DNA from: Tubulanus polymorphus
Taxonomy: Eukaryota; Animalia; Nemertea
Assembly: GCF_964204645.1 (NCBI RefSeq)
Contig: NC_134030.1
Location: forward strand, 7,605,022 to 7,669,021
DNA: 64,000 nucleotides
Direction: 5' to 3'
A program made the position numbers and the translations under genes. The notes beneath the pieces were generated by a model that searched no databases, was not told where the DNA came from, and worked only from the letters and a program-made list of their open reading frames with translations. Shown in pieces: positions 40,601 to 54,859 of this stretch (the first letter of the stretch is position 1; each line of letters starts with the position of its first letter).

Positions 40601-41777
40601 GAATCAATACACGAAGAGCTAACTGAAGAAAATGATGGAGAGATGACGGCACGTCGTTTTCCGCCGGTAACTGGGATGGACAGTGACGGGTAAAAAGACA
40701 TCGACAACCACAAAGGACGGGATCGATCAGATTATGCGATCCCTGTAGCTGAAGCGAATATCTGGCAAATGGTTATTGCCGAAACCACCTAAGGCTGCCA
40801 CGTATAGTTTTTCAGCTCAGTTTTATTGACCAAAACCAATCGTACTACCTGACATGAGAGGATAGAAATAGAATACCATTAGATTGAAAATAGAAATCTT
40901 ATTTTGTGGAACGCATTGCTTTGAATTGAATATGAAAATACAATATTTGCCTCTTCATCGAATCAAAATAACATTGAAGCGTCTAGAATCTATATGTAAC
41001 AACCATAAAATAAAACTTCAAATTTTTTCTGTACTTTTTTGTATCCCGCGCTATAGTGGCGCCAATGCCTTTAGGAACGGTGGCAAAAACATCTAAACGC
41101 ATCAAAGCTGTCGTCATTGAAATCGAGTTTAAAGCCTACAGCTACTTTTATCGAACGACGATCTCTGGTTAGCCGTTTTAATCCGTAGAGACAACGGGCT
41201 TAAAACCTGGTAACATTTGCCTTTTTCGATAGATTCTAAGAGAAAAAGTGGTGACGGGTCCGACAAAAATGCCCAGAATTAATCGAATCATGACGAGTAA
41301 AAAAGTACTAATTCGTAAAAGAAATCTAGACGCACATTCATCAGCGAGGGATAACGTTTTAATGAAAGAAAGCGATTCATCAGAATTTACGAAAACTTTT
41401 TTTTCAACCGAAGAAACATCATTACATTGTAAAGTCGATGCTGCTGCTTGACAGCATTCTCAAAAAGACTGACTGCTATTGGACTAAAACGCGGTAAGCT
41501 CCCCGCCAAGTGACTGCAAATGACTGCGCCGACATTATATAACTTTGCTCCTTGTTTGAAGTGCGCTGGTAAATTTGTTGCTATCGTGTAGTAGTGTTAA
41601 CCGCCCTGAAACATTGCTGCGAGACGTCACCAGTTTCCATTAGAAGCAACTTCTACGCAATGAATTAAATATGGAGCACTTTGATGGTGTCGCTATTGCA
41701 ATCATAACCCGTGCACTTGAAGCTCTCCAGCGTAGATTTCAATAAATTGAAGGGAAATTACAGAGCAATGAATTTGC

Positions 41778-43225
41778 CGAGGGTAGTGCTGAGGGTAGAG
41801 AGCTGAGGGTAGTGTGCTGAAGGTAGTGCTGAGGATAGTGTGCTAATGGTATAATGCTGAAGGTAGTGGGCTGAAGGTAGTGTGCTGAGTGCAGTGTGCT
41901 GATGGTAGTGCCGAGGGTAGTGTGCTGATAGTGTGCTGAAGGTAGTGCTGAGGGTAGTGTGCTGAGGGTAGTGTTCTGAAGGTAGTGCTGATGGTAGTGT
42001 GCTGAGAGTAGTGTGCATAAGGTAGTGCTGAGGGTAGTGTGCTGAGAGTAGTGTGCATAAGGTAGTGCTGAGGGTAGTGTGCTGAGGGTAGTGTGCTGAG
42101 ATTAGTGTGCTGATGGTAGTGTGCTGATGGTAGAGCTGAGGGTAGTGTGCTGAAGGTAGTGCTGAGAGTTGTGTGCTGAAGGTATTGCTGAGAGTAGTGT
42201 GCTGATGGTATTATGCTGATGGTAGTGTGCTAAGGTTAGTGTGCTGAAGGTAGTGTGCTGAGAGTAGTGTGCTAAGGGTAGTGTGCTGATGGTATAATGC
42301 TGAGGGTAGTGTGCTGATGGTTATGTGCTGAGGGTAATGTGCTGATGGTAGTGCTGAGAGTAGTGTGCTGAAGTTGGTGCTGAGAGTAGTGTGCTGAAGT
42401 TAGTGCTGAGGGAAGTGTGCTGAGGGTAGTGTTCTGAAGGTAGTGCTGATGGTAGTGTGCTGAGAGTAGTGTGCATAAGGTAGTGCTGAGGGTAATGTGA
42501 TGAGGATAGTGTGCTGAGGGTAGTGTGCTGAGAGTAGTGTGCTAAGGGTAGTGTGCAGATGGTATAATGCTGAGGGTAGTGTGCTGATGGTTATGTGCTG
42601 AGGGTAGTGTGCTGATGGTAGTGCTGATAGTGTGCTGAAGTTAGTGCTGAGAGTAGTGTGCTGAAGTTAGTGCTGAGGGTAGTGTGCTGAAGGAAGTTTC
42701 GATGGTAGTGTGCTGAAAGTGTGCGGAAGGTAGTGTGCTGAGGGTAGTATGCCGAGGGTAGTGTGCTGAGACTGTGCTGAGGGTAGTGTGCTGAGAGTAA
42801 TGTGCTGAGGATAGTGTGCTGAGGGTAATGTGCTGATGGTATAATGTTGAGGGTAGTGTGCTGATGGTTATGTGCTGAGGGTAGTGTGCTGATGGTAGTG
42901 CTGAGAGTAGTGTGCTGAGAGTAGTGTGCTGAAGTTAGTGCTGAGAGTAGTGTGTTGAAGTTAGTGCTGAGGGTAGTGTGCTGAGGGTAGTGTGCTGAAG
43001 GAAGTTTCGATGGTAGTGTGCTGAAAGTGTGCGAAAGGTAGTGTGCTGAGGGTAGTATGCCGAGGGTATGTGCTGAGACTAAGTGTGCTGAGGGTAGTGT
43101 CCTGAGAGTAGTGTGCTGATGGTATAATGCCGAGGGTAATGTGCTGATGGTAGTGATGATGGTAGTGTGCTGAGATTAGTGTGCTGATGTTAGTGAGCTG
43201 ATGGTATACTGCTGAGGGTAGTGTG
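41778..43225. repeat. 1.45-kb minisatellite of mixed 13/15-bp units (GGTAGTG[TG]CTGAN), abutting a MITE-A fragment at 43225-43445
   Basis: About 100 tandem units; explains the STLPSAHYPQHTTL ORFs. Confidence 0.95.
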
Positions 43226-45590
43226 CCAAATTGGGCCCAGGCCAATTGTTCTTCACACGGTGCCAAATGGCCAAATTTGGCCAGACTAAAAGCATTGGAC
43301 CATGCCAAATTTTAGCATGGGTCAAATCAGTGCATTTGCATGCTAACTGGTCGTGTGAACACGATTTCTAATTCAAGGCAATAACCTAATTTGATTTGGG
43401 TCTGATTTGGGTCTCATTGACCCGGGTCACTTCATCTGTGTGTGAGAATTTTTGAGTGTATATTTGGAATTGAACTTTCTTAGATTTGAACATCTGTGTA
43501 TCTGTGAATATTTAAGGTCTAAAAATAGACGCCAGACTGTAATTGTCTATGTTGCCAATTAGAACTATCGCGATATCCGGCGGGATCCGCCCCTGCAAGC
43601 TATGAATCAACTAGATTGAAAAATCGATATTGACTCGTGCATTTAAGACTATTTCACATCCTCACAGCTCAGCAGGAAAATTCAAAATAAATCCATTCAT
43701 TTAGATTGATGATGATTTTGCGTAGATATTTTAACGAATGGTAATTTTTTGCAACGCACGTCCTGAGATGGACGATCTATTTTTCACCACAGAAAATACA
43801 GCGGAAATTCACTCGGGTACGATGGTTCATCGGATATTATAACTATTGAATCTCATCCCATGTAAGCCAATTTCTAAAATTTCATACCAGACGTAACAAA
43901 CCGTTGGTTGGTTATAACTGATAAATTTTCTGGTCCTGTGAACTTCTGTGGTCCTGTTAGGTTCCGCTATGGAAAGACAGGTTTTGATGAATTCCTCAAT
44001 GCCAGGGCGCACACCATTTCCGGAGTCATAAATCAAAATCAAGTCAACCTGATGTGGATAACTGGACGGCATTTGGATTGAATTTGTACAAGATTTTTAT
44101 TGTTAAAAGTCTCTTAGAAAGCCAAGGGTGGCAGATACAGTAGCCAACGGTTGACCGAGCTCATTTTAATCGTCATATTTGTTAGAAGCAGACGACATTC
44201 TGGCTGATATGAATGCATAGCACTAGAGTAAAGCTCGATGAAAACATGCCACTGGTCTTATCTTAGAGCTAGACTATGGAAAATGTGGTTGCAATGTTTC
44301 ATTACGTAAAACGAAACAACAGTTTGAGTTAGTTTTTATCTCAGAAGGTTTTTCACACGTTATTTGGTGCGGGCCAAATCGTCTCCATGTGATTGCGGCT
44401 ATTATTTCTCAAAGGCCAAGTTTCAATTACGGATCGAACAACCAAATCCCAGCTCATTCCCGAATTTATCATTCCATGACAACAAACATTCTAAGCCAGT
44501 GCCAAAAATCAAGTCTAAGCACTGTATCCCCAGATAAAATTACTCCCGTGATTGGGTTTTAGAACTGGCAATATCTCTTCATATAGCCTAATTGATTAGT
44601 GCCGTGACCATATTTTAAAACATTCCTGATGTTTGTTGTCATGGCTCGCCCCGGTACCGCCCCAGTACCGACGTCTGTAAACGAGCCAAATAAAAAATGT
44701 GACACTTCCGCCGACTAACACGTTGATGACATCATTAAATCGGGCAGACATCGTCGGCTAATGTTGGTGACGTTCATACGACTATTTGCATTGTGTGCCG
44801 CAGCACCAAATGAAAGATAGTAAAATGACAAACCACAGGTTCCATGCATAGCCAACATAGCCAGCGTCATATATTTCAAATCTGTAGCCAATTGCCACCC
44901 CGGCACCTTATGGCCACAATCACTTAAGCATCTTGGTGCCTGTTGACCAAGTCCAAATTTGGCCCTGACCAAAAAAATGTTGGACCAGGCATGTGAAGTC
45001 ACTTCATTAGATACTGCTGAGCTAGGCCCGTAACCATGATAGATGAGCATATATCCGCTTGTTAGGTAAGACCTCGGCAAACTCATTAGTATAGTGACTA
45101 ATGAAACCTAGATATCTGCGATATCATTGAGACAGAGCCCCACTGGGTAAACTCTTCACCCATATGCACTGCGTGACCCTTGTTACATAGAATACGTCCT
45201 CTCATTTATCAAATTGATGCGTGAAAATCCGGTGAACCTGTGGCGTCAATCAAGACATTGTGTTTCGCCTGTGGCATTTGGCACCCGAAATTAATTGCAT
45301 ATCGAATACAACGCGATAATGAAATCGCGGAAGCATTTTATTCCACACAAAAATAAGCCCTTTGGTGGCGATAATATCAAATTTAATATCCACCACATGG
45401 ACAGATAGATACGGCCGGGGGCGGTTCGTATAGACACAGAAATAGCCATTTCGAACGAGTTCTTTCTAATATAAGACTTATCAAAATTACCTACCAGAAA
45501 AAGGCTAGCTAAAAATCGTATTTCTATTATCAAACTTAATGCAAAAGAATGTTGATACTTTGAAAATTATATCAACTTTCAGCAAAATAC

Positions 45591-45785
45591 CTGCGGAATC
45601 CTGCAACCGATTATTCTCATTCTGTACCAGGTTGTTTTCTTTTTAAACCAAAGCCAATCGGAAGCTAGCTTTAGAAAAATATTTACGCTATTCCAACAAT
45701 GACTGATCGATCGCCAGACAAAAATATTGAAGTGCCTGAAGAAATTGGAGCCGTTGATTTCCTGTGACGTAGTGTGTATTGTCAT
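45591..45785 (-). CDS. Candidate alternative first coding exon of PHLDB (MTIHTTSQEING...RMRIIGCRIPQ), phase 0
   Basis: A long open frame (in-frame ATGs at 45917 and 45785) reaches CCG CAG|gtattt three codons before its stop. Confidence 0.35.
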
Positions 45786-47058
45786 TTCGCGGCAACAAAT
45801 ATGGATTAAGATTAATAGCCATTTAGTCGGAAGAAGTGCAGACGACGACGACGATGAAAATGAATAAGTCGAGATGGTGTCGCACAATGTTTCTGGAAGA
45901 CTTGATGATGTCCACATCAAATGAAGCGGCAAGGAAAATCCTGATGAGATAAAGCATTACCATGCATATAAAGCATTACAGGGCTCGTAAACCATTACGG
46001 CCCTTTCCGAATGGATAACTGGAATATTTTTGAATATACCGACTATACATATTACAACTTTTTTCAGCCTGAATAAATTTGGGCCATCTTTAGAGTTACT
46101 ATATTGTTTCTATAGATACGTATCAAGCACTCTGAAACTTTATGTACTGTTTAAGGGTACTGTATTATGGGCTTTTGAGATGGCTTTGGGCCAGATATTT
46201 GGTTCGATTTATTTACCAACATTGCTATTACTAGACACCATTACATGGGTGTTGTGCCAGATTAGGCTCGGACCAACTGCGTTGACAATGGGGCCAAATG
46301 GGTCAACGCCAGTTTGACCGAACCAGGCATGCAAAATTTAAGGACGGCTCAAATAATTCCGGCGTGAATGCTAATAGACTCTTGAAGTGACTCACCACGC
46401 TTACTACAGCATCGATTTGACAGCGTTTAGAAAGAAGTGAGTGATTTACATGTGAATGCGCTCTCTAAAAGGGCCAAATGTGACTTCGCACAAGTGATTG
46501 CAACTATTATCATTGGAATTCAAAACTTTTGATACTATTCGAAATCAGGGCAAAGAATTCCTGGTCAGAGCTAATCTAAAATGAATTTCTAATACAACGA
46601 TACACTGATTGCTATCATTAGTGAAGCGATGTGGTTGCACAGCTGTTGCATATTCATTCCATCCTGAAATCGCCTTTCAAAATCATTCAAAATTCTATGC
46701 TGAATTTACGATTTCGTAGCCGTTGTTCGTTCGACCGTCAAACGTTTCGCGGCGTAATCAGCTGCAAGATTTCGACTAATTCTGACAACTTCCTTCCGAA
46801 CGAGGAGAAATGTCATCGGCAAACATAATCACGCGACGAAAGCTAAACGTGTCAGACAGGCATACAACATGCATTCAAAATGGAATTAGTTTTAGTTTGA
46901 TTCGACGAGGAAATATTCAGCTGCACATGATGCGGCTAAACCGTCGATGTAACAGGGACTAACGATACATTTTATAATCTAACTATAAGAAAAGGTGTTT
47001 TCTCAACGGTGGAAGGATGGAGCCTTCAATTGAGAGTTCCAGAAGTCAGTCCTTCTTT

Positions 47059-47554
47059 AGCGGCGATCACGCAGGGACTATCTAGCCCGGGCAAAATTGG
47101 CACGGATCAGGCCCGAGTTGAGTTCAAGTTCAAGTTCATTTCATGGAAAGCACATGACAGGCTAATAAAGAGATTAAGCAACAGAAAAAAAACAAAATCA
47201 AATTTGGCCCGCGCATAAGCCACGATGACATGAGCGATTTTCTGGCCTGGAACTACTGTTCACAAGGGTGCCAAATTGGCCTGTGCCTGTTTGGCCTGGC
47301 CAAAAACGTCGGACCATACAACACAACACAGAGCGCCTTCACACATAAGCTATTCACTTGATACTAAACAATACTGTGGGGAGCTAGGTGGGTATCTTCC
47401 AGAACCAGTAAGCATCATTCGCAATGAGACCTGGTCCGTAATTTTTGGTTGAGCCAACTTTGGGTTGAGTCATCAAACAGGCATGGGCCCATTTGGCACC
47501 CCCCACCTGCGTGAATGGTCAGCCCGGGCCAAAAGCGCTTGCGTGATCACACCT
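47059..47554. mobile_element. MITE family A, rearranged copy
   Basis: AGCGGCGATCAC...GTGATCACACCT ends; contains GGCACGGATCAGGCCCGAG. Confidence 0.7.
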
Positions 47555-49037
47555 TTCGAAACAGAGCCATCATCAGTACTTTTACACAACAATGCAATCT
47601 ATTTTTCTGGATTATAACTAGCATAATTCTATTGCTGTGTCTCAAAATATTCATTACAAAACACAACAGGCAACGTCTCTTTTTTCATAACACCCACACC
47701 CCTGTGAATCGAAACGCCTACGCAAACATCCATAAACGTATCAGCTGCCCATCGGGAGACATTTATCAATCAATGATCCATGCGGCATTTTGATGAAATG
47801 ACGAAGATGAAAAGAGAATGGGGGAGGGACACACAATCGCATTTACTCGCAAACAGCTGCATCCAAATATCGATATGATTTTCCAATAACGATACAGTTG
47901 AAACCATTATACGCGTTATTGCCTCGTCGTTTTAAAACATCCATTTCCAGCGACACGCAAACCGCATCGTATTTGCTTTCGGTCAATTCGAACAGCGGAT
48001 CAAATGTCCTTTCTTTGTCGGATTAAAAATTTGCTGAATCGTATCTGACATCGTATCTAATCATATCTTTTTTTGGGATCAAGAAAAATACTACGAGATA
48101 GGCGAGTGTCTGACTAATCCAATTGTGGAACATAAGTTTCTTTGAAAAAGAGAAGGAAAAATTGGGACCATCAACACTCATCCTATATCAGTGATTATCT
48201 CACTTATGCAAAGTTTACTGCATGTACTGAAATTTATCAGCTAACGATTATTTCACTATTCGAGACAAACGCATCAAATGATGGTGGAAATGCCTGAAAA
48301 ATTGAAAATGAATAAATGATATCATTTATGATATCAAAACAACCTTCCTCGCAATTCGACATGTCAAAGACGATAAATCGGTTCATTAGAGCTGAAAATG
48401 TCATCGGATGAAAAAATTCGCCATTACGAGTTTATCCGACAGTACTAAAAAGTGATACGCAAAAAAATCCATTGTACAGTGGGCAATTGATCTTCCAACC
48501 TAGGCAAATAACAAGTCTACGCGTCCCGGAAGTCGTCTGGAGTTACCGCGCTTTATCACGTTTCAAAAACAAAACAGCCCCGACTTGAGAAAGCAGAGAG
48601 AAGAGAGAGAACAAGACAGAGAGAGTTGAAGAGGAGGATGAAATACTAAGAACAAGCCGCCGTGGAGTACGTATCTAGTTACAATTTCCTCACTTGCGCG
48701 CACTGATATTTGTATTATTGTTGGTACATTCCGCACGGCATCGAGGGAATCCATATTTGCCCGGACTTCATATTCGCGTGCAATACTCCACGGGCAATAG
48801 CTCCTTATAATTGCGTCGAGAAAGCGGCGTTTATCATGACGGAGTTTCCTACGCAGTACCGCGGAAGTTTACATGACTTGAGTGGATGGCCCCGCTACAA
48901 GTATAACCGACATCGTGTAAATGGCGATTTTCTCTTTTCTTGGCATCGTTGATATCATCGATGGTAACGTCCGACCGTCCATTCAACACTGTAAGATCTC
49001 CCGGTACACACATGGTACCGGTGCCGGTAAAGCCCAG

Positions 49038-49274
49038 GGACTGGTTCCATAGACAGGATTTAGACTTAAGACCGGTCTAAGACAAACTAAGTTCTATAGC
49101 CAATCTAACAACTTAAGACTAGTCTTAAGGTTTAAGACCACTTTTGGTCTTAAGTCTTGACTATGGAACCGGCCCCAGGACCCAGTGTCTGTGAGTTAAG
49201 ATTTGAATCCGGAGTTATAACATTGAAAATTAACTGATTTTAACTCAAACTCCAACTCAGAACTGTGGTACTGG
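49038..49274. mobile_element. Two abutting Harbinger-like MITEs sharing a CAG target
   Basis: cag|GGACTGGTTCCATAG...CTATGGAACCGGCCC|cag|GACCCAGT...CTGTGGTACTGG. Confidence 0.7.
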
Positions 49275-49530
49275 CATATGGCACCAATGGTATTATATGG
49301 TACCATTGGTATTATATTTTGCAGCACACATGGCACCATTGGTATAGCATATATAGCACCAAAAGTATTATATTATCTGGCATACATGGTACCATCGGTA
49401 TAAAATCTACGAGCACACGTGTTACCATTGGCATTATATTTTCCGGCACACATGGCAATATAGGTATAAAATCAACCGGCACAGTTGGCATCAAATCTTC
49501 CAGTTCGCAAGGCATTAAGTGTCATGGCAA
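49275..49530. repeat. Degenerate ~35-bp tandem repeat (CACATGGYACCATTGGTATWA)
   Basis: Repeated ATGGCACCA/ATGGTACCA units; one unit also lies at 49008-49020, left of the MITE pair. Confidence 0.65.
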
Positions 49531-50118
49531 TACTAGCACGAACCGTTAATGCACATTAATGGCAATTTTTAAACATCAGCATTGAATCACAAATCATGAA
49601 ATTAAGTCAATTGGAATTTGCGAATTCCGCTTAAAACTCGAGTCTCGCCATTCTTGAACCGCCTGACGCTACTTGCTTTTGATAGAATTAGTTAATCATC
49701 ACGCCAGTTCCCCGTGAAAATACGAAAAAAGGAAAAACATCAACTCTTCCGCATTAGAGGCACCCGATAAAAAAACTAATTTCCGTCGTGAATACGTAGA
49801 CGGTGACCAACGCAAAGTACACGCAGTGCTTCCATAGATAACGATCAACAATGAGGAAATATATTCATGAGTCCATTCTACCTATACAAACCTTATCCTC
49901 CCACCTAAAGCCCAACACAGGTCGATTGAGATCAGATCAGATCGTCGGATCATCGGATCCGAAGGTGATTTTTTAATCGGGACCCTGTTTGACATGAGTG
50001 TACTTACTACTGCGACCGACTGATCGTAAGCCAAATCGTAGGGATAGAACAGGTTCTCAAGATAATCGATGAAGTCCCGTAATTCGAATTTTATGTGATG
50101 CAATTTATTAAAACGAAA

Positions 50119-50160
50119 CCAAAATGTTTCGACTGTTGACTGATAACTATCATCAGCTGG
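50119..50160 (-). ncRNA. Degenerate minimal hammerhead ribozyme (Penelope-like family 2)
   Basis: Minus strand CCAG-CTGATGA-T-AGTTATC-AGTC-AACAGTC-GAAAC-ATT-TTGG, followed by AATAAA. The copy at 16791 supplies GGCTGTT, which restores a 7-bp stem II with AACAGTC. Confidence 0.55.
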
Positions 50161-52024
50161 AATGACCAGAAACATAAGTAACATAGTATATAAACTTACA
50201 GGACATTGACAAAATAGAACAAGTTCTATTTTCTATGACTGATTTTAACGTCGTAGCCAACCTATATTGCGTCACATGACTTCTAGCCATCAAAATGGCG
50301 TGTTAACAACCACGAGACTCGTCATAGTCGACCTCGTATCGGCAATCAGTGGTCATGTGTATACTACCATCATTCCTACAATGATCTAGTCAAGTTGACC
50401 TGAGCAATATACTAGGCTTAAGATGAAGCATTGGTAAAGAAATTCCAATGATTGCCCTGGAGATGACAAATAATTGGACGTTGTAATACGCATGGGTACT
50501 ATCTATCTATGGAAATGAATTCAAACTAATAGCAATCACTTTCAGATGAAGATCGAATTTACAACAATTTTCCATAAATACAAGCTATTGGTATCAGTTC
50601 CGATTCCATTTAAAACAAATTTTTTTGATGTCAATGTCAGAGGATGAAAGATTTAATGATATGAGAAATAGCCTAATTCCAGTTCTCTATCGTTGACTAT
50701 GTATTATCAAAGAAGACGGACGCTTTCGCATCACATATAACCAAAATTCTATACAGAAAGATGCCGCGACGTGAAACGGGAAAAAAATTCTATGGATGAA
50801 ACCGATACCGATACCGAGACAGCCAGTTGCACAGAATAGTTTGTGTATTGAATATACATGTATTGGTTTATTGGATATACCGTGTAGCGATGATACTTAA
50901 AAGATGCAGTCTAGCATTCGAGTTAAAACTATTCAGCGGTTAGACAAAAGCAACGGTAGATGAGTTGAGTGGAAATTCCATTAAAAAATCTTGAAAATCT
51001 TTTATAAATACACGATAAAAATTACACCCACACATTAAGTAATCCATAAGTTGAAGATACAAAATCTTTGACTAATGATTCTCAATACGCCGGATTGAGT
51101 GGCCATGCTTTCAATACACATGTCTTCTAAAAATGCTGCTTTTTTGTTACGGTTGTGTATTACCGATATTTAACATCTTTACATAAGGCTAAAATTAAAT
51201 GATGCCTTTTTTCTCCTAATCGATTGGGCCATTTTATGAACTGCAATTAATTTTTGTAATCAGTTCATTTCTATAGCTGCCAGGTCTGTTATTGTAGGCT
51301 TGATCATGATTTTTGAAAAAAAGTAATGTACAGGGTAGCTAGGTGGCCAGCCGAAATGAGTATCAAGCAGAAATGAGTATCAAGTTTTTTAGCCTAATCA
51401 GAGTTAACAATTAGGTTTGTTAATTGCTTAGATTCTAGCTGTTGTAATCGTAACAACTTTGTTTGTCAACTAGCCACGGAGCAGCTACAAGACGTCGGAC
51501 AACAACACACTCACACTTCTTACAATCAGAACCGCGAAATGTGCTTGAAAACGCAATCACGTTTGATAATGAAAACGAGAAAAAATCTCAACGCAAAGTG
51601 GAGAAAAATTACATCGACGCATAAAGCAGTGCTGACATCGGGAATTACTCCCAGAACAACGATTAGACATAGAGGAAATAAATATCGCCATCAGAATGCT
51701 GAAATTACCGACGGCTTTGTACACAACGAATACTAGCGTTTGGTCACGCGTTACTGGTGTCTAGTCCAGTAATGAGACTAGTCTTTTTGCTCGAATAGTT
51801 AAACACAAATTGGAATGTATGACCACTTTCCAAGAATATCATACTATATTTGCAACCCATGGCTTGCTGACAGACAGTCCATTCACCGCTGTTAGTTTTT
51901 CTCGGAACGTAACCTTACGCAAAATAAGAAACAGTTGCCGCGACAGAAAGTGTCAGCAACAAATACCATACGTAACAGGAGGAGGTTGGGTCTCGAACTT
52001 ATGTCTGAAGACAATTCCAAAGAA

Positions 52025-52342
52025 CGATGACCCTTTCTGTACATCCTGATGCACCAAAGTTTCCATTCCAAACCATTAGACCATTCCAAACAGATCCGTA
52101 CCTGGAACGTGCCAAATTTGGAACGGACCAAATCAGAATGTGCATTCACACGCGTGTTGTTGAATCGGTTACAGATAGTTATAACTGGGCCCTCTCAAAA
52201 TTTGGAACAGACCCCTTGATCAGTCTTTAAGGCCGGTCCAACTTGGAACTGTCTAAAATAGAACGGACCATCTTGGAACAGACTTGTACTAAATTGTAAT
52301 GGGCCAAATATAGTTGTAAGTGACGTAGCGTGAATGTGGCTA
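52025..52342. mobile_element. Harbinger-like MITE (TTCCAAA/TTGGAAC-rich), related to about 19780-19955
   Basis: Repeated TTGGAACGGACC and GTTCCAAACAG motifs and TTCACACG. Confidence 0.5.
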
Positions 52343-53069
52343 TTGAATGATTTCATTCATCACTATTTTGATAAGTAGTTTTAATTGCACTGCAAGGACA
52401 TTCTGAAACCATTTTAGTACGCAATTAATGTATCTAACCATGTGTTCACGAGTGTAAAAGAAGGATACCTGACTGAATTTGTTAAATACATGCCGTGCCA
52501 ATAACTCTACAGTTCATTGCTTCGTATATTGACATTTCATCATTTTGTACTGAAAATAACCCAGTGGTAAAAAATTCAATTCAAATATAGTTAATGAATA
52601 ATTATTCTTGAATGTTGGGCAAAACATTTTCTGAGAGACTCTATATATCCACGGTTGAGAATTTTTCATCGCGATGTCATTGAAAATCATTTATAAGTTG
52701 GTTTCAATACACAAGTGACTTGATTGATCCAATTAAGCAAAACCAACACGTTTTGAAAATGCAAACAAAAATGCAACCTTTTGAAAATGGCTCATAGATA
52801 TTGAGTCGAAACGTAAAACATTATTTTGTGGTTTTTTCTTCGTATTGTGAGTCTCTGTCTTCAATCATCGGCCAGCTTGTTGGGAATCTGGTGACATTCA
52901 TATAGAAGATTTCAACGTCATTAAGTCGAGAGAACAACATTTTCATCCGTTTCAAACCGAATTTTGAAGCCGCATTCACAGATAATACTTAACTGCAGCT
53001 TGATCAAAGTCTACCCCCTTTTTCTAGTAAAATAAGCAATTCATTGTTGAACATCAATGAAAACATTAC

Positions 53070-53114
53070 CTTGAGTAGGTGAATACGGTACTTTTTTATG
53101 TATTCCATACCCAT
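53070..53114 (-). CDS. Candidate alternative first coding exon of PHLDB (MGMEYIKKYRIHLLK), phase 0
   Basis: ACG ATG G start, 15 codons, AAG|gtaatg donor; a CpG-rich promoter/5'UTR-like block lies at 53200-53500. Confidence 0.65.
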
Positions 53115-54859
53115 CGTGAATTTGTGCTGTTTTCTAAATGACGTGACGATAATGTTTCCTTGTTTCTAATTTTGGCGTGATGATAATGTTTCCTAATATC
53201 ACGCGCTCGCGCAGCACAGCGTTATATTCGGAACTACAACCTAACTCGGTTAATCCGTCGCTTATCCGGATACGCGAGATAATCCGGGCGAACCCCGCGC
53301 GAATCTACATGCGCCGCGGCCGATGATGTCACTCACTCAAGAGTCGTTTTACTGCTGCCGTTTCTGCCGTCGTTGCTACTGATACTGAATATCGACGTCG
53401 TCGTCGTAAGTTTGAATCTACCGCGCACCGCGCTAAACGATCATTCAAGCATCGCCGCGCGTAGCATAACCGACCCTCAACGACTCGGATTAACTACCCC
53501 AGTAACGATGACGTTTGAAATATGAAGGCGGCATCTGGCAAAATAAAACTGCCTGAGACGAACGACAACATCGATTTTAATACTTGATAATTCCATATTT
53601 ATCACTTACGGCCATCGATAATTTCTAATCTCTTAAAGATCTTATTTCATAGTGAACCGGGGTGGGATTTAGAGAATAGTCTCAGGGTCCTCTTCCCGCT
53701 GAAGTTGGCCTTTTTTGTCACGACAGAGATCGGTTAAACCTCATCCTCTCGGAATTTACATCTTTTAGGATGGGTTTCTTCAGAAATATATCAACACCGA
53801 GGATTGGACCCCGCTAGTGGCCTTTATCCTGGAAATGCCTTTTCTTTACTTCCGGACCCGGCCTTCTAATTTACAATACACGCTCCTATTAACTGAGCAT
53901 CCGGCAGAACTGCCTTAATTCAATGAATGTCAAATATCAATTGGAGACTGTCGTTAAAGTATAGATTCTTATCGATATTTAAATTGTTTTTTTTATCCGC
54001 CTTTGGTTCTATGACGAGATAACAATCAACGAACAAGGTATTTAACTAACATGATATATATTCATCCACTTTTTTAACTTAAAACATCCCCATTATACGA
54101 GAAAACTATGGAATAAAACTGCAGGCCATAACTAGCTTGACTTGTTTCTGTGGATGCTTTCATACTACGCTATTCAAATAATCAATCACTTATAACGAAC
54201 ACAAAGTTATTAAGTCCCACAACCTCGATCTAGAAACGAGAATTAAGACTCCATCAAACAACGTTTTCCGATACAAACTGTTCGATATCATCAAGTGATG
54301 GGATGAGTATTTTTTTCACCGTCCACATATAGTTTTGAAAAAGTATGAAAATGATATTATAAAAAATCTTGCGAGACGTACTCGATCACCTCTACTTCAA
54401 AACTACGTAACTACACATATATATATACGTGTTTCGATCCATAATTGATTTTCTGATCGTACACACATTAACCGGAGTAATTTTCTAATGGTCGCCGCTG
54501 AACGCTCACGCGTAGTGTCGAGTTTTTCTTCTAATAAACCGATATCTGAAGTACGACGCGATTTACGTGTTACATAAGAATCGATTGTATAAAAGAACTT
54601 GAACTTTCGCGAAACCAATACTCGAACGAGGTACTTTCGAATGCTGCGAATTACTGGGATCCGGCAATCAGGAGAATTAAGGAAAAAAATTGTTAAGACC
54701 AGTGGGACTAGATCCAGGTAATGATGATTCAGCAATTAGCTTCTTAATTGCCGCCTACTTAATAAGGTTACATGTCTCGAAACAGAGATAAGAAAACTAC
54801 TCGGTTCATTTCGTAGGTCCTAGCCAATGCCCTGATTGTGTACATATCCATGTTGATAA

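Noticed and set aside
41758-43308. His/Thr/Ser-rich ORFs on the minus strand
   Set aside because: These are translations of a minisatellite with frequent frameshifts and no splice signals.
53610-53615. ATG GCC|gtaagt as a two-codon first exon
   Set aside because: It lies directly beside a dispersed repeat and is too short to support without transcripts.
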